The position numbers and the translations under genes are program-made. Below, piece after piece: positions 53,612 through 62,920 of a stretch of 64,000 nucleotides of DNA. The DNA is from an uncultured Azospirillum sp. (GTDB taxonomy: Bacteria; Pseudomonadota; Alphaproteobacteria; RF32; CAG-239). Under the pieces are notes generated by a model. The model was not told the DNA's origin. It searched no databases and saw only the letters and a list, made by a program, of their open reading frames with translations. Positions within the stretch are counted from its first letter, which is position 1, and every line of letters starts with the position of its first letter. The DNA lies in contig UQCS01000003.1 of the NCBI GenBank assembly GCA_900539605.1, forward strand, positions 7,172-71,171, given 5' to 3'.

Positions 53612-54457
53612 ATGGAAGACAAAGCCAAAAAGCTGGGAATTATTGCCGGGGGAGGAAGTCTCCCCCGCAGTTTGATTCGCCATTGCCAAACCGTCGGGCG
53701 CGACTTTTTCGTCATTGCTATCGAAGGCAACGCCGATCCGGCCCTGTTCAATGACGAAATTCCGCACTTATGGATCCGTCTCGGTCAGGCCGGCACCGGT
53801 TTTAAGCGTTTCCGCGACGAAAAAGTCGAAGAAGTCGTTATGATCGGCACCATCCGCCGTCCAAGTTTCAAAGAACTGATTCCCGATATGCGCACCACCG
53901 CGTTTTTTACCAAAATCGGCGTTAAGGCTCTTGGTGACGACGGAATTCTTCGTGCCTTAATTAAAGAAATAGAAGCCGAGAAAATGCGGGTAGTCGGCAT
54001 TCACGAAGTCATGAACAATATTTTGGTCCGCCCGGGCATTCTCGGAAAAGTCAAGCCCGGAAAAGACGACTATGTTGATATTCGCCGCGGCGTTGCGGCA
54101 GCTTTTGAGTTAGGGAGACTCGACATCGGACAGTCGGTTGTCGTACAGCAGGGGTTGGTGCTGGGTGTGGAAGCCATTGAAGGAACCGACGAACTGATCA
54201 AACGTTGCAGTGCATATAAGCGCAAAGGAAACGGCGGTGTTCTGGTAAAATTGCGCAAACCCCAGCAGGATATGCGGATTGATCTGCCGACCATCGGCAC
54301 CCGAACCATTGAAAACGCTAAAGCCAGCGGTTTGAACGGGTTGGCCGTTCATGCCGGAAATACGCTGATTGTCGACGAAGCGGAAGTCATTCGCGCCGCC
54401 GACAAAGCCGGCCTGTTTATTATCGGAATTGAACCGGGAGATTATCTTGAACAATAA
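53612..54457 (+). CDS. lpxI: UDP-2,3-diacylglucosamine pyrophosphatase LpxI (DUF1009)
   Basis: 281 aa with LGIIAGGGSLP, GQSVVVQQGLVLGVEAIEGTDELI and DLPTIG. Its position between lpxA and lpxB is typical of alphaproteobacteria. Confidence 0.8.
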   Translation: MEDKAKKLGIIAGGGSLPRSLIRHCQTVGRDFFVIAIEGNADPALFNDEIPHLWIRLGQAGTGFKRFRDEKVEEVVMIGTIRRPSFKELIPDMRTTAFFTKIGVKALGDDGILRALIKEIEAEKMRVVGIHEVMNNILVRPGILGKVKPGKDDYVDIRRGVAAAFELGRLDIGQSVVVQQGLVLGVEAIEGTDELIKRCSAYKRKGNGGVLVKLRKPQQDMRIDLPTIGTRTIENAKASGLNGLAVHAGNTLIVDEAEVIRAADKAGLFIIGIEPGDYLEQ

Positions 54458-55619
54458 CCTGAAAATTTATCTGATTGCCGGAGAACCTTCCGGAGATGCT
54501 CTCGGTGCCCGGCTGATGCGGGCAATCAAGAAAAAAACCGACGGCAAAGCCGAGTTTTTCGGCATCGGCGGCGACACGATGGAAAAAGAAGGCATGGGCT
54601 CTTTGTTCGATATTTCCGAACTGGCGATTATGGGACTTTGCGAAGTTATCCCCAGTATTCCGAGAGTTCTCAAAAGAATCGGACAAACCGTCGATGACAT
54701 CGTCCGTCTTCATCCCGACATTGTTATCTCCATTGACAGCTGGAGTTTCGGCAGCCGGGTACAAAAGAAATTGCGTGCCCTCAAAACCGGCATTCCGCAA
54801 ATTCACTATGTGGCACCGCAGGTTTGGGCCTGGAAAAAGAAACGCGCACGTACCATGTACAAATACGTTGATCATCTCCTTACCCTGCTTCCTCAGGAAC
54901 CGAAATATTTCACACCTTACGGGCTACCGACTACTTTTGTCGGCCATCCGGTTATCGAAAGTCCGGTGGTTCACGGAGATCGGGAAATTTTCCGTCACAA
55001 ATACCACATCGACGCCGCACAAAAGATCATTTGCCTGCTGCCGGGATCGCGGCATAACGAAGTGTCGCGGCTGCTGCCGATATTCTTGGAAGCCGCACAA
55101 ATACTGAAGCAACAGCATCCGGAACTGTTTTTTGTCATTCCGACAGTCAAAACGGTGGCGACACGGGTTAAGAACATGCTCAAGAATAATCCGCTGCCGG
55201 TGCTGGTGGTGGAAGGCGAAGAAGACCGCCACAACGCGATGAGCGCTGCCGCCGCGGCTATTGCCGCTTCGGGAACCGTCGCTTTAGAACTGGCGATTGC
55301 CGATGTGCCGCACGTAATCGGTTATAAAGTTGCGCCGGTAACTGCGGCGTTGGTCAAGCACTTTTTGCATATTCAGTTTGTCAATCTTTCAAACATCCTG
55401 CTCGGTCGCGAAATTGTTCCCGAACTGTTGCAGGAAAGATGCGTGGCATCAAATATCGTCTTATATATTAACCGTTTTCTTGAGCAGGACAGTTTTTACC
55501 GCCACCAGGCGGAGGGTTTTAAAAAAGTGCGCGAGGTATTGGGGTTGGGCGAACAAACTCCCAGCGAAAAAGCGGCGGACGTTATTTTGCAAATTATCGC
55601 CGATGCCCAAAAAGTGTAA
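54447..55619 (+). CDS. lpxB: Lipid-A-disaccharide synthase
   Basis: It has KIYLIAGEPSGDALGARLMRA, YVAPQVWAWKKKR, LLPGSR and SGTVALELA. I propose a TTG start at 54447, overlapping lpxI by 11 nt. The in-frame track ORF from 54369 has no support. Confidence 0.85.
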   Translation: MNNNLKIYLIAGEPSGDALGARLMRAIKKKTDGKAEFFGIGGDTMEKEGMGSLFDISELAIMGLCEVIPSIPRVLKRIGQTVDDIVRLHPDIVISIDSWSFGSRVQKKLRALKTGIPQIHYVAPQVWAWKKKRARTMYKYVDHLLTLLPQEPKYFTPYGLPTTFVGHPVIESPVVHGDREIFRHKYHIDAAQKIICLLPGSRHNEVSRLLPIFLEAAQILKQQHPELFFVIPTVKTVATRVKNMLKNNPLPVLVVEGEEDRHNAMSAAAAAIAASGTVALELAIADVPHVIGYKVAPVTAALVKHFLHIQFVNLSNILLGREIVPELLQERCVASNIVLYINRFLEQDSFYRHQAEGFKKVREVLGLGEQTPSEKAADVILQIIADAQKV

Positions 55620-55643
55620 ATATACAACTTTCCGGCTCTGCTT

Positions 55644-55668
55644 CTGCCCGGTTTTCCGGGCAGCTTTT
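55644..55668 (+). terminator. Rho-independent terminator after lpxB
   Basis: CTGCCCGG TTTT CCGGGCAG CTTTT. Confidence 0.6.
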
Positions 55669-55787
55669 GTAGCATGAAGACCCCGCGTTAAACACGGGGA
55701 TTCCTTTTGTAACCGAATAACCGCCGACTGCACCGGCGGGCCGCGTTTTTATATTTTGAACGCAGATCTTTTCTTTGGCGCCCACAC

Positions 55788-56327
55788 CTAATCCCGGTTA
55801 TTTTCATGCGGCCGTACGTCACGTTCGCAATTGCTTTCATCGACGGCTTCTTCTATTCTGGCTTTCACCTGCAGCGGATTGTCAACATCATAAAATTCAA
55901 CTTTGGCGCTGCCGGTTCCCGAAAAAAGAATGTTACCGTAACCTAACACCCTGCCCCAGAAAGTTTGTTTAATCTGGATTGATTCAATCCGTTCGGTCTT
56001 TATTTCTTCGGTCTTTATTGAGATAATCCCGGTTTTATACACCACCCGGCGATTGGTGCAAACCATTTCAGTCAGATGCAAAGACAAATACAGAACAAAC
56101 GGATAAACGCCTAAAAGGCCTCCCAAAACCGCTAGTCCCGCCGCCGCTTCAATATCTTTGTTGAGATAAAAGGTAAACGCAAGCGAAATACAGGCCAACG
56201 CCACCAGCCCGAGAGTTGCAAACATGAAATAAAACCATAACCACTTAATCCAGTGATATTTTGCCTGCACCTTGATCGTTTCGTCCTTAGTCATGGTTCC
56301 GTTAACATACCCGTTTTGTCCCAGCAT
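55788..56327 (-). CDS. Membrane protein with a bacterial PH (bPH_2/YdbS-like) domain
   Basis: It has two TM segments, then TNRRVVYKTGIISIKTEEIKTERIESIQIKQTFWGRVLGYGNILF. The ATG at 56327 is preceded by GGAGGA lying in the end of trkH. Confidence 0.6.
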   Translation of the reverse strand: MLGQNGYVNGTMTKDETIKVQAKYHWIKWLWFYFMFATLGLVALACISLAFTFYLNKDIEAAAGLAVLGGLLGVYPFVLYLSLHLTEMVCTNRRVVYKTGIISIKTEEIKTERIESIQIKQTFWGRVLGYGNILFSGTGSAKVEFYDVDNPLQVKARIEEAVDESNCERDVRPHENNRD

Positions 56328-56328
56328 T

Positions 56329-57774
56329 TTATTTCCTCCAAAAGTTTTTGGTAAACACAACCAACACCGTCAAAACTTCCAAACGACCCAGCAACATCGC
56401 TGCCATCAGGGCATATTTGGCCACAACGGAAAGCGACGCATAATTCCCGTCGGGACCGATCGAAGCAACGATCCCCGGCCCCACGTTGGTAACCGTGGCA
56501 ACAGCGGCGCTAAAAGCCGTGGCAAAGTCCAGTCCGGTAAATGCCAGCAACAGCGTTACCGCCATAATTACCCCGAAGAACGACATCACAAACACCAAAA
56601 CTGACGAAATAATCCCCGGATCCATTGTATATTGTTTTACTTTTACCGGCACCACCCGGTTAGGATCAACCGCCGTAATCATTGATTGTTTGAGATATGC
56701 CCATATGACCTGCCAGCGAAATATTTTTACGGAACCTGCCGTTGATCCGGTACAACCTCCGGTAAAGGAAAATATAATGAAAAGAGTTTGAAACAGCACT
56801 CCCCAGGCCAGATAATTCACCGAAGTCAGGCCGGTCGAAGTTATAATTGAAATAATGTTGAACGAAGCATAACGCAACGCCGTCCAAAAGTTGTCGTATA
56901 CGCCCATAAATACCAGGCAAAAAGAGGTTCCGACAATAAAAAAGAACAATACTTTTAAAAAACTGACAACCTGCTCTGTCCGCAGCGACTGATGAAATTT
57001 GTTTTGCAATAAAACAATATAAAAAGTCATCGGCAGCGCTCCCAGCAACATGAAGACGGAAATAACAGCTTCAATCTTCACATTGTCAAAATAGAGAATT
57101 GATTTGTTTTTAGTAGAAAAACCGGCGGTAGCAATCGTTGACATCGCGTGGTTAACCGCATCAAACCAGCCCATCCCCGCAAAATACAGACAAACGGTAC
57201 ACAGAACGCAAAAAAACAGATAAACCAGAAAAATCCGTTTGGCAATATAATGAAACTTGGGCATAAACTTATCGTTAAGATCAGAATTTTCACGCTGAAA
57301 CATCTGCATGCCGCCAATACCCAGAAACGGTAGCAGCGCCACCGCAAACATCACAATTCCGATGCCCCCCATCGCCGTAAGCATTGAACGCCACAACAAA
57401 ACAGCTTTGGGAAGACTTTCAATATCATTGAGTATGGTCGCACCGGTCGTCGAAAGGCCCGACACCGCCTCAAACAAAGCATCATGAAAATTAGACGTAG
57501 TGCCATACAAAATAAAAGGAATGGCCGACAACAACGAAACCGCCGCCCAACTGCTGGTGGTCAGCAAATACCCCTGTCGGATGCTGATGCTTTTTATCGG
57601 AGCCCGGTTGGAAAGAAAAAGCGATAAACCGATAAACAGGCAAAACATCGCCGAATTGAGAAAATATGACCACGAAGCGGAAGTTGTATAAATATCATAG
57701 CCGGCAGCGACCAGCATGGCGGCACCGAGAATGCTGATAAAATAGCCGTTGATCATTAAAACCACTTGCCACAT
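56329..57774 (-). CDS. trkH: TrkH-family potassium uptake protein
   Basis: 481 aa, polytopic, with repeated selectivity-filter-like TTGA/TAGF/STGL/NVGPG segments typical of TrkH. Confidence 0.9.
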   Translation of the reverse strand: MWQVVLMINGYFISILGAAMLVAAGYDIYTTSASWSYFLNSAMFCLFIGLSLFLSNRAPIKSISIRQGYLLTTSSWAAVSLLSAIPFILYGTTSNFHDALFEAVSGLSTTGATILNDIESLPKAVLLWRSMLTAMGGIGIVMFAVALLPFLGIGGMQMFQRENSDLNDKFMPKFHYIAKRIFLVYLFFCVLCTVCLYFAGMGWFDAVNHAMSTIATAGFSTKNKSILYFDNVKIEAVISVFMLLGALPMTFYIVLLQNKFHQSLRTEQVVSFLKVLFFFIVGTSFCLVFMGVYDNFWTALRYASFNIISIITSTGLTSVNYLAWGVLFQTLFIIFSFTGGCTGSTAGSVKIFRWQVIWAYLKQSMITAVDPNRVVPVKVKQYTMDPGIISSVLVFVMSFFGVIMAVTLLLAFTGLDFATAFSAAVATVTNVGPGIVASIGPDGNYASLSVVAKYALMAAMLLGRLEVLTVLVVFTKNFWRK

Positions 57775-57789
57775 GCGGGACGCCGATCT

Positions 57790-58686
57790 CTATTCCAGAG
57801 CAACCCGGTCCGAATAACCGCGTTCGACCAGTATGTTGTTGATGCTGATATCCTCGTAAAAACACTCTCCAGTCGCAACCTCATCTTTGGTATAAGCCAC
57901 TATTTTGCAGCGAATGTTCTCCCCTTTCAGGGCATCTTTCAAAAAGACCGCCGCTTTAACGCCGCGAGCATTGCGCGGGTTGGAATATACGCCGTACAAA
58001 AACAGATAGGTTCCGCCGACTTCCATTTCGTTGGCATTATGAATTTTAACCGGTCCCGAAATTTCTAACGGAGTGTCCAAATAACGCAGCACATTGCCTT
58101 CCGCTTCCGAAACCTTTTTCACAATAACCGGCCTTTCCGCGACTTCGGAATGTTTGCTATCGATATGTTCACCGACATTTGGCAAAACCGTCGTTTCCGT
58201 CCTTTGCACCGTCTCTTCCGGCAGCAAAGGTACCGGCGCCGTCACGGCAACCACATTGTCGGCTTCCTGCGCCAAAACATCCACCCGCTGAGTCTTGCTT
58301 CCCGATGCGGCGCGGAAGATCTGACGACGCACTTCTTTGGCACTCGGCGCCACTTCCACCAGACGGTCGGTTCCTTTGCCCGGCTTTTCGGCCAAAGCCG
58401 GAATTTTGTTCAGAAAACTCGAAAACTTGTCAGAAACCTGAGAAAGACTCCCCTTATCAATATTTTTGATTTTTTCCAGATACCAAGTATGAACTTCAAG
58501 CGGCTTAACCTTGTGATAATAAACCGGGACGGCATAAGCCGCTGCCAAAATCAATACTAACAGCAACAAAAGATATAAAGGCTTGCGAAACGGATAAGTG
58601 ACAAACATCACCGCTTTATGCAAGACTGCACCCCATTGACTGGGTGAACCTATATTGTCCTCTTTTTGCTTTTTTTTGAAAAACAT
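57790..58686 (-). CDS. Membrane-anchored hypothetical protein with a degenerate SNase/OB-like C-terminal domain
   Basis: 298 aa with one TM segment (LYLLLLLVLILAAAYAV). The C-terminal ~85 aa (LFLYGVYSNP....G..A..FLKDAL.G..I.C........ATGECFYEDISINNILVERGYS) resemble thermonuclease-like domains but lack clear catalytic residues. Confidence 0.45.
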   Translation of the reverse strand: MFFKKKQKEDNIGSPSQWGAVLHKAVMFVTYPFRKPLYLLLLLVLILAAAYAVPVYYHKVKPLEVHTWYLEKIKNIDKGSLSQVSDKFSSFLNKIPALAEKPGKGTDRLVEVAPSAKEVRRQIFRAASGSKTQRVDVLAQEADNVVAVTAPVPLLPEETVQRTETTVLPNVGEHIDSKHSEVAERPVIVKKVSEAEGNVLRYLDTPLEISGPVKIHNANEMEVGGTYLFLYGVYSNPRNARGVKAAVFLKDALKGENIRCKIVAYTKDEVATGECFYEDISINNILVERGYSDRVALE

Positions 58687-58764
58687 TGCGTTTCCCCCGA
58701 TTTATAATTTTCTATAATATTTAAGCTAAACGGTCTCCGCATAAAATTCAAGCGAAAACCATAT

Positions 58765-59622
58765 TTATTGCACGGCTTTGACAATAAAATCAGGAAGCTG
58801 TGCCAAAGAAGACGCACCAGCGGCACCTTTATGGCCGCCACCGCCGAAACGCGCTGCGATTTTGGAGACGTCAACATCCGGCTTGCTTGAATAAAAAGAA
58901 AGGTTCCAGCGTCGTTTTTTATTCATGTAGAAGTTTATCATAACGTCGTAACTGTTTAAGTTTTCTAAAGTATCAAAAAAAGAGGAACGCCCTTGCGGCA
59001 TATTGGAACAAATACATTTCAAGCCGTCGATTTCCGCCTCAAAGGCCATGCTGCGTACCAAATGATAATTGCGGGTATTGATCCACGACAAGATTCTTTT
59101 TCCTTCTTCAATCATCTTGTCAACATCCAGATCACCGTCAAAAAGCTCCTGCCAAATTTTATCCTGGGGCCGATTTTGCCCAAACGACTGCATGGCATAT
59201 TCAAACGGTTCAACCCGGGGATCCCTCAAATCAAAAATGTCATGCTGCGCCAGCAGCTTTACGCCCAACGGGACCGGCCGCTCGGGATAATAATAGTTCC
59301 ATGTCAGTTCAATCGCCGCCGTGCCGATCCGCCGCAAACCTTTGATCGGTTTTGCCCCTTCCCTCAGCATAGCCTCATATTCTTCAATCACCGAGGCATG
59401 ATGATCAATCCAGGTAAAATCAATCTTATTGCTCAACTCAAACATATATTTCACCGGCAACGCAAAATCGCACACCACCACCATATCATGCTTTTCAATT
59501 TCGTGATAAGGGATTTCCATGTCATGATTCAGCCCCAGCAATTCAATTTGCGGATAGACACTTTTGACAACCGCTCCCGACCCTTTGCCGTCATGATCGG
59601 CAATGTGATAAATACATAACAT
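58765..59622 (-). CDS. Compact DHH/DHHA1 family phosphoesterase
   Basis: It has IYHIADHDG (motif I), VVVCDF (II), WIDHH (III) and GGGGHKGAAGA (DHHA1). The ATG at 59622, preceded by GAGGGAG, lies 1 nt after the upstream stop. Confidence 0.7.
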   Translation of the reverse strand: MLCIYHIADHDGKGSGAVVKSVYPQIELLGLNHDMEIPYHEIEKHDMVVVCDFALPVKYMFELSNKIDFTWIDHHASVIEEYEAMLREGAKPIKGLRRIGTAAIELTWNYYYPERPVPLGVKLLAQHDIFDLRDPRVEPFEYAMQSFGQNRPQDKIWQELFDGDLDVDKMIEEGKRILSWINTRNYHLVRSMAFEAEIDGLKCICSNMPQGRSSFFDTLENLNSYDVMINFYMNKKRRWNLSFYSSKPDVDVSKIAARFGGGGHKGAAGASSLAQLPDFIVKAVQ

Positions 59623-59623
59623 T

Positions 59624-60421
59624 TTATTCTCCCTCATCCAGAACTATACTCATATTATCAAATGCCGGTGTTACATTTTGCGGCGTCAACCGGTCAATTT
59701 CCCGATAATCGCATTCCACCGCCATATGATTAATCACGACCTGCTGCGGCGCAATCCGTTCGGCATCGCGCAGAATATCGTCCAGCCCGGCATGGTGACG
59801 CCCGCCTTCCGGCGTTGTCAGCGGCAGAATCAGCAACTTAACCGGACGGCCAATACAGTTGAAGGCTGCCTCGTCAATTTTCCGATAATCGGCAATATAC
59901 ACAATTTCTCCGTCATTAAAAATATAACCTGTCGTCGACATATTGTGTCCCAACAGCCGAATCGGCGTAATCTTTAAATCTTTCACCATAAACGGCCGAT
60001 AATATTCAATCGTATTCGCCACCAAACTCGGTTCCCGGCTGACATCATTAGCATGCCCGGGGGTTGCAATCAAATAAGGAAAACGCTCCCGGACTGTTGC
60101 CACCGTCTCCGCCGTGGCATAAAAATTCAGACTGCGGTTTTCGGCACGGTTAATCTCTCGCAATTCGTCAATCCCATGCAGATGATCGGCATGAGCATGG
60201 GTATAGACAATCCCATCCACACTCCGGATTCCGCTCATCAGCAATTGTTGACGCAAATCCGGTGAGGTGTCGATCAAAATACGGGTATTTTTATATTCCA
60301 GACAAGAAGTCGTTCGCGTCCGTCGGTTTTCGACAACCGACGGATCACAGTTTCCCCACCCGCTGCCGACAGCCGGTACGCCGGGGGCCGCGCCGCTGCC
60401 GAGTATAATCATTTTATACAT
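59624..60421 (-). CDS. MBL-fold metallo-hydrolase (PhnP/GPMB-like)
   Basis: 265 aa with ILGSGAAPGVP and YTHAHADHLHGID (HxHxDH). Confidence 0.8.
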   Translation of the reverse strand: MYKMIILGSGAAPGVPAVGSGWGNCDPSVVENRRTRTTSCLEYKNTRILIDTSPDLRQQLLMSGIRSVDGIVYTHAHADHLHGIDELREINRAENRSLNFYATAETVATVRERFPYLIATPGHANDVSREPSLVANTIEYYRPFMVKDLKITPIRLLGHNMSTTGYIFNDGEIVYIADYRKIDEAAFNCIGRPVKLLILPLTTPEGGRHHAGLDDILRDAERIAPQQVVINHMAVECDYREIDRLTPQNVTPAFDNMSIVLDEGE

Positions 60422-61215
60422 TAAAACTCATACCTCCCCTTGTCACTCGCCTTACGGAACAGCCGGTAAAAATTCTCGGAAGTGATTTTTGCCACTTCTT
60501 CCAACGAAATATTTTTAATTTGCGCCAGTTTCTCCGCCACATAACGAACATTTGCCGGTTCGTTCCGGTGACCGCGCAACGGTACCGGGGCCAAAAACGG
60601 TGAATCGGTTTCCACTAACAGGCGGTCCATCGGAAGATCGGCAAAAATTTCCCGCAATTCGGAACTTTTATTAAAAGTGATCATACCCGAAGCCGAGATA
60701 TAAAAACCGATCGAAAGAGCAAATTCCGCCAACCGGCGAGAGCCGGAAAAACAATGAATTTCACCGTTGAACGGCGCTTTTTTGTAATGTTCCGACAAAA
60801 TGCCTATCGTGTCGTCATCGGCGTCCCGGGTATGGATAATCAGCGGCAACCCGGTCTCCTGAGCCGCTTTGATCTGTTCGATAAACAGTTTAAGCTGGTT
60901 TTCCCGGCTGCTGTAATCGTAGTAATAGTCCAGACCGCATTCACCGATCGCTACAATTTTTTTATGATGGCTTTTCTCAATCAGCTCGGCAGCCGTTACC
61001 GACGTATATTCATCTGCATTATGTGGGTGCACACCGACCGCCGTATAAATAAAAGGATATTTTTCCGATAGCTTCAGCTGCTCGTCCAAATTGTCAATAT
61101 TATTCCCCGCATTTAACACCGCAGTGATTCCGTTTTCTTTCATACGATGCAAAATTTCATCAAAATCTTCTTCAAAATCGTTATAATCCAAATGGCAGTG
61201 ACTGTCGACCAGCAT
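60421..61215 (-). CDS. tatD: TatD-family metal-dependent hydrolase
   Basis: It has MLVDSHCHLDY, GVHPH, AIGECGLDY, LPLIIHTRDA and ETDSPFLAP. The ATG at 61215 follows GAGGGA. Confidence 0.88.
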   Translation of the reverse strand: MLVDSHCHLDYNDFEEDFDEILHRMKENGITAVLNAGNNIDNLDEQLKLSEKYPFIYTAVGVHPHNADEYTSVTAAELIEKSHHKKIVAIGECGLDYYYDYSSRENQLKLFIEQIKAAQETGLPLIIHTRDADDDTIGILSEHYKKAPFNGEIHCFSGSRRLAEFALSIGFYISASGMITFNKSSELREIFADLPMDRLLVETDSPFLAPVPLRGHRNEPANVRYVAEKLAQIKNISLEEVAKITSENFYRLFRKASDKGRYEF

Positions 61216-61223
61216 TTTTTCCC

Positions 61224-62276
61224 TCACATTATTTTACACAAATTGGCAATGATATTTATCAGGGCCTGTTTCTTATCCATATTCAGTCCGTTGACCTGGC
61301 GCAAAATCTTGACCGCTTCTTCCCAGGCTCGCGCCGTTTCTTCGATATTGCGGCTCTCCGCAATATGATCGGAGCAGAATTTCAAAACCAACTCCGCCGC
61401 CAGATCAAAGCTTTCTTCCGAAGCGGTTGCTTCTTCCACCCAGTCAAGCATATCCTGTAACTTAAAACGGGTTCCGGCATAAATTATGTCACTTAGCCGG
61501 CTGTAGCGTTCCAACGCGCCACAATCGGCATAATTAAGCGCCTTGCCGATACTGCCGCCGGCAATTTTTGCCAGTCCTTTGATCGTATTTTCATCCAAAT
61601 CGGAACGATAACGCCGTAACAGACTTGCCACCGTATTATCGGCCAACGGTTTTAAAACCAGTTTTGTACAGCGCGAACGGATCGTCGGCAACAACTGCCC
61701 GACATTATGGCTGATCAACATCAAAATGCTTTTGGCCGGCGGTTCTTCGAGTATTTTTAACAGTGCGTTGGCACTGGCAGAATTCATGTCATCAATGCTG
61801 TCAATCACTACCACCCGCCAACCGTCATCGGAGGACTTTCTGGAAAAAAACTCATTAATCCCGCGCACATCGTCAATACGGATAAAAGCCGACTTTTTCA
61901 GATTTCTCAATTCGTCTTCATCCATTGCCGCCCCGTCTTTGATCGCTTTTAAAACCTTTTTGCGGTCGGTTTCAATAAAATCGCGCTCAATCACTTTGAA
62001 ATCGGGATGAGAGCCGGAGCTGATCAGCTGGTTGCTGCGGATGTCCGGACTGGTGGCAAGCGTTGCCGCCGGTGCAAAAACATGACGTTTTTCATCCAAC
62101 AGAAAACGGGAAAAACGATAAGCCAACGTCGCTTTCCCGATCCCTTTCACACCCGAAATCAACCAGGAATTATGCAGTTTGTTGGAATTGTAGGCCTCAA
62201 GAAGAGCCTTTTCCGCCTCTTCCTGACCAAGCAGAAAATAATTGTTTTTCGGAGTAATTTGCACAGGGTCGGGCAT
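61224..62276 (-). CDS. holB: DNA polymerase III delta-prime subunit
   Basis: 350 aa with HNSWLISGVKGIGKATLAYRF, ANALLKILEEPP and RSRC. Confidence 0.82.
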   Translation of the reverse strand: MPDPVQITPKNNYFLLGQEEAEKALLEAYNSNKLHNSWLISGVKGIGKATLAYRFSRFLLDEKRHVFAPAATLATSPDIRSNQLISSGSHPDFKVIERDFIETDRKKVLKAIKDGAAMDEDELRNLKKSAFIRIDDVRGINEFFSRKSSDDGWRVVVIDSIDDMNSASANALLKILEEPPAKSILMLISHNVGQLLPTIRSRCTKLVLKPLADNTVASLLRRYRSDLDENTIKGLAKIAGGSIGKALNYADCGALERYSRLSDIIYAGTRFKLQDMLDWVEEATASEESFDLAAELVLKFCSDHIAESRNIEETARAWEEAVKILRQVNGLNMDKKQALINIIANLCKIM

Positions 62277-62920
62277 TATGGTTTCAAAAGCCTTTCTTCT
62301 ACAATTTTTACAATATTTTGATGCAATTGTTCAATGCTCTGATCGGCATTGACGACCACATAACGGGGAGAAGTCTGCGCAATCTCCAAAAAACCGCGCC
62401 GCAGATTTTGATGAAACTCGTTTCCTCTGCTTTCGTGACGGGTCTCTTGGATTTCGGCTGTACCGTTCCGCTGCAGCGACCGTTCCAGCCCGATGCGGGG
62501 ATCCAGATCCAGAATAATCGTCAGGTCCGGATAAAAATTGCCCACCGTCATCGCATACAACTGCTCCAGCATCTGTTTCGGTACCCGTTTATTGTAACCG
62601 TAATACTGATAAGCCATTGTCGAGTCGGCAAAACGGTCGCTGATCACCCATTTTCCGTCCTCCAGCGCCGGCAGTACCTTTTGCTGCATATGAATCCGAC
62701 GGTCTGCATAATACAACAGGGCCTCAGCCACGGCGTCAAATTTGTCTTTGTCACCGGTACACAACATCTGCCGCAGTTCACGTCCGATCGGTGTTCCGCC
62801 CGGTTCTTTGGTCACTACGGTTTCCACACCGCAATGTTTCAGCCACTCGGCCAGCAGTTTTATCTGAGTTGATTTTCCGGTGCCTTCGCCGCCTTCCAGA
62901 GTGATAAAACGCCCCTTCAT
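62276..62920 (-). CDS. tmk: Thymidylate kinase
   Basis: 214 aa with FITLEGGEGTGKSTQ, TKEPGGT and SDRFADST. Confidence 0.92.
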   Translation of the reverse strand: MKGRFITLEGGEGTGKSTQIKLLAEWLKHCGVETVVTKEPGGTPIGRELRQMLCTGDKDKFDAVAEALLYYADRRIHMQQKVLPALEDGKWVISDRFADSTMAYQYYGYNKRVPKQMLEQLYAMTVGNFYPDLTIILDLDPRIGLERSLQRNGTAEIQETRHESRGNEFHQNLRRGFLEIAQTSPRYVVVNADQSIEQLHQNIVKIVEERLLKP

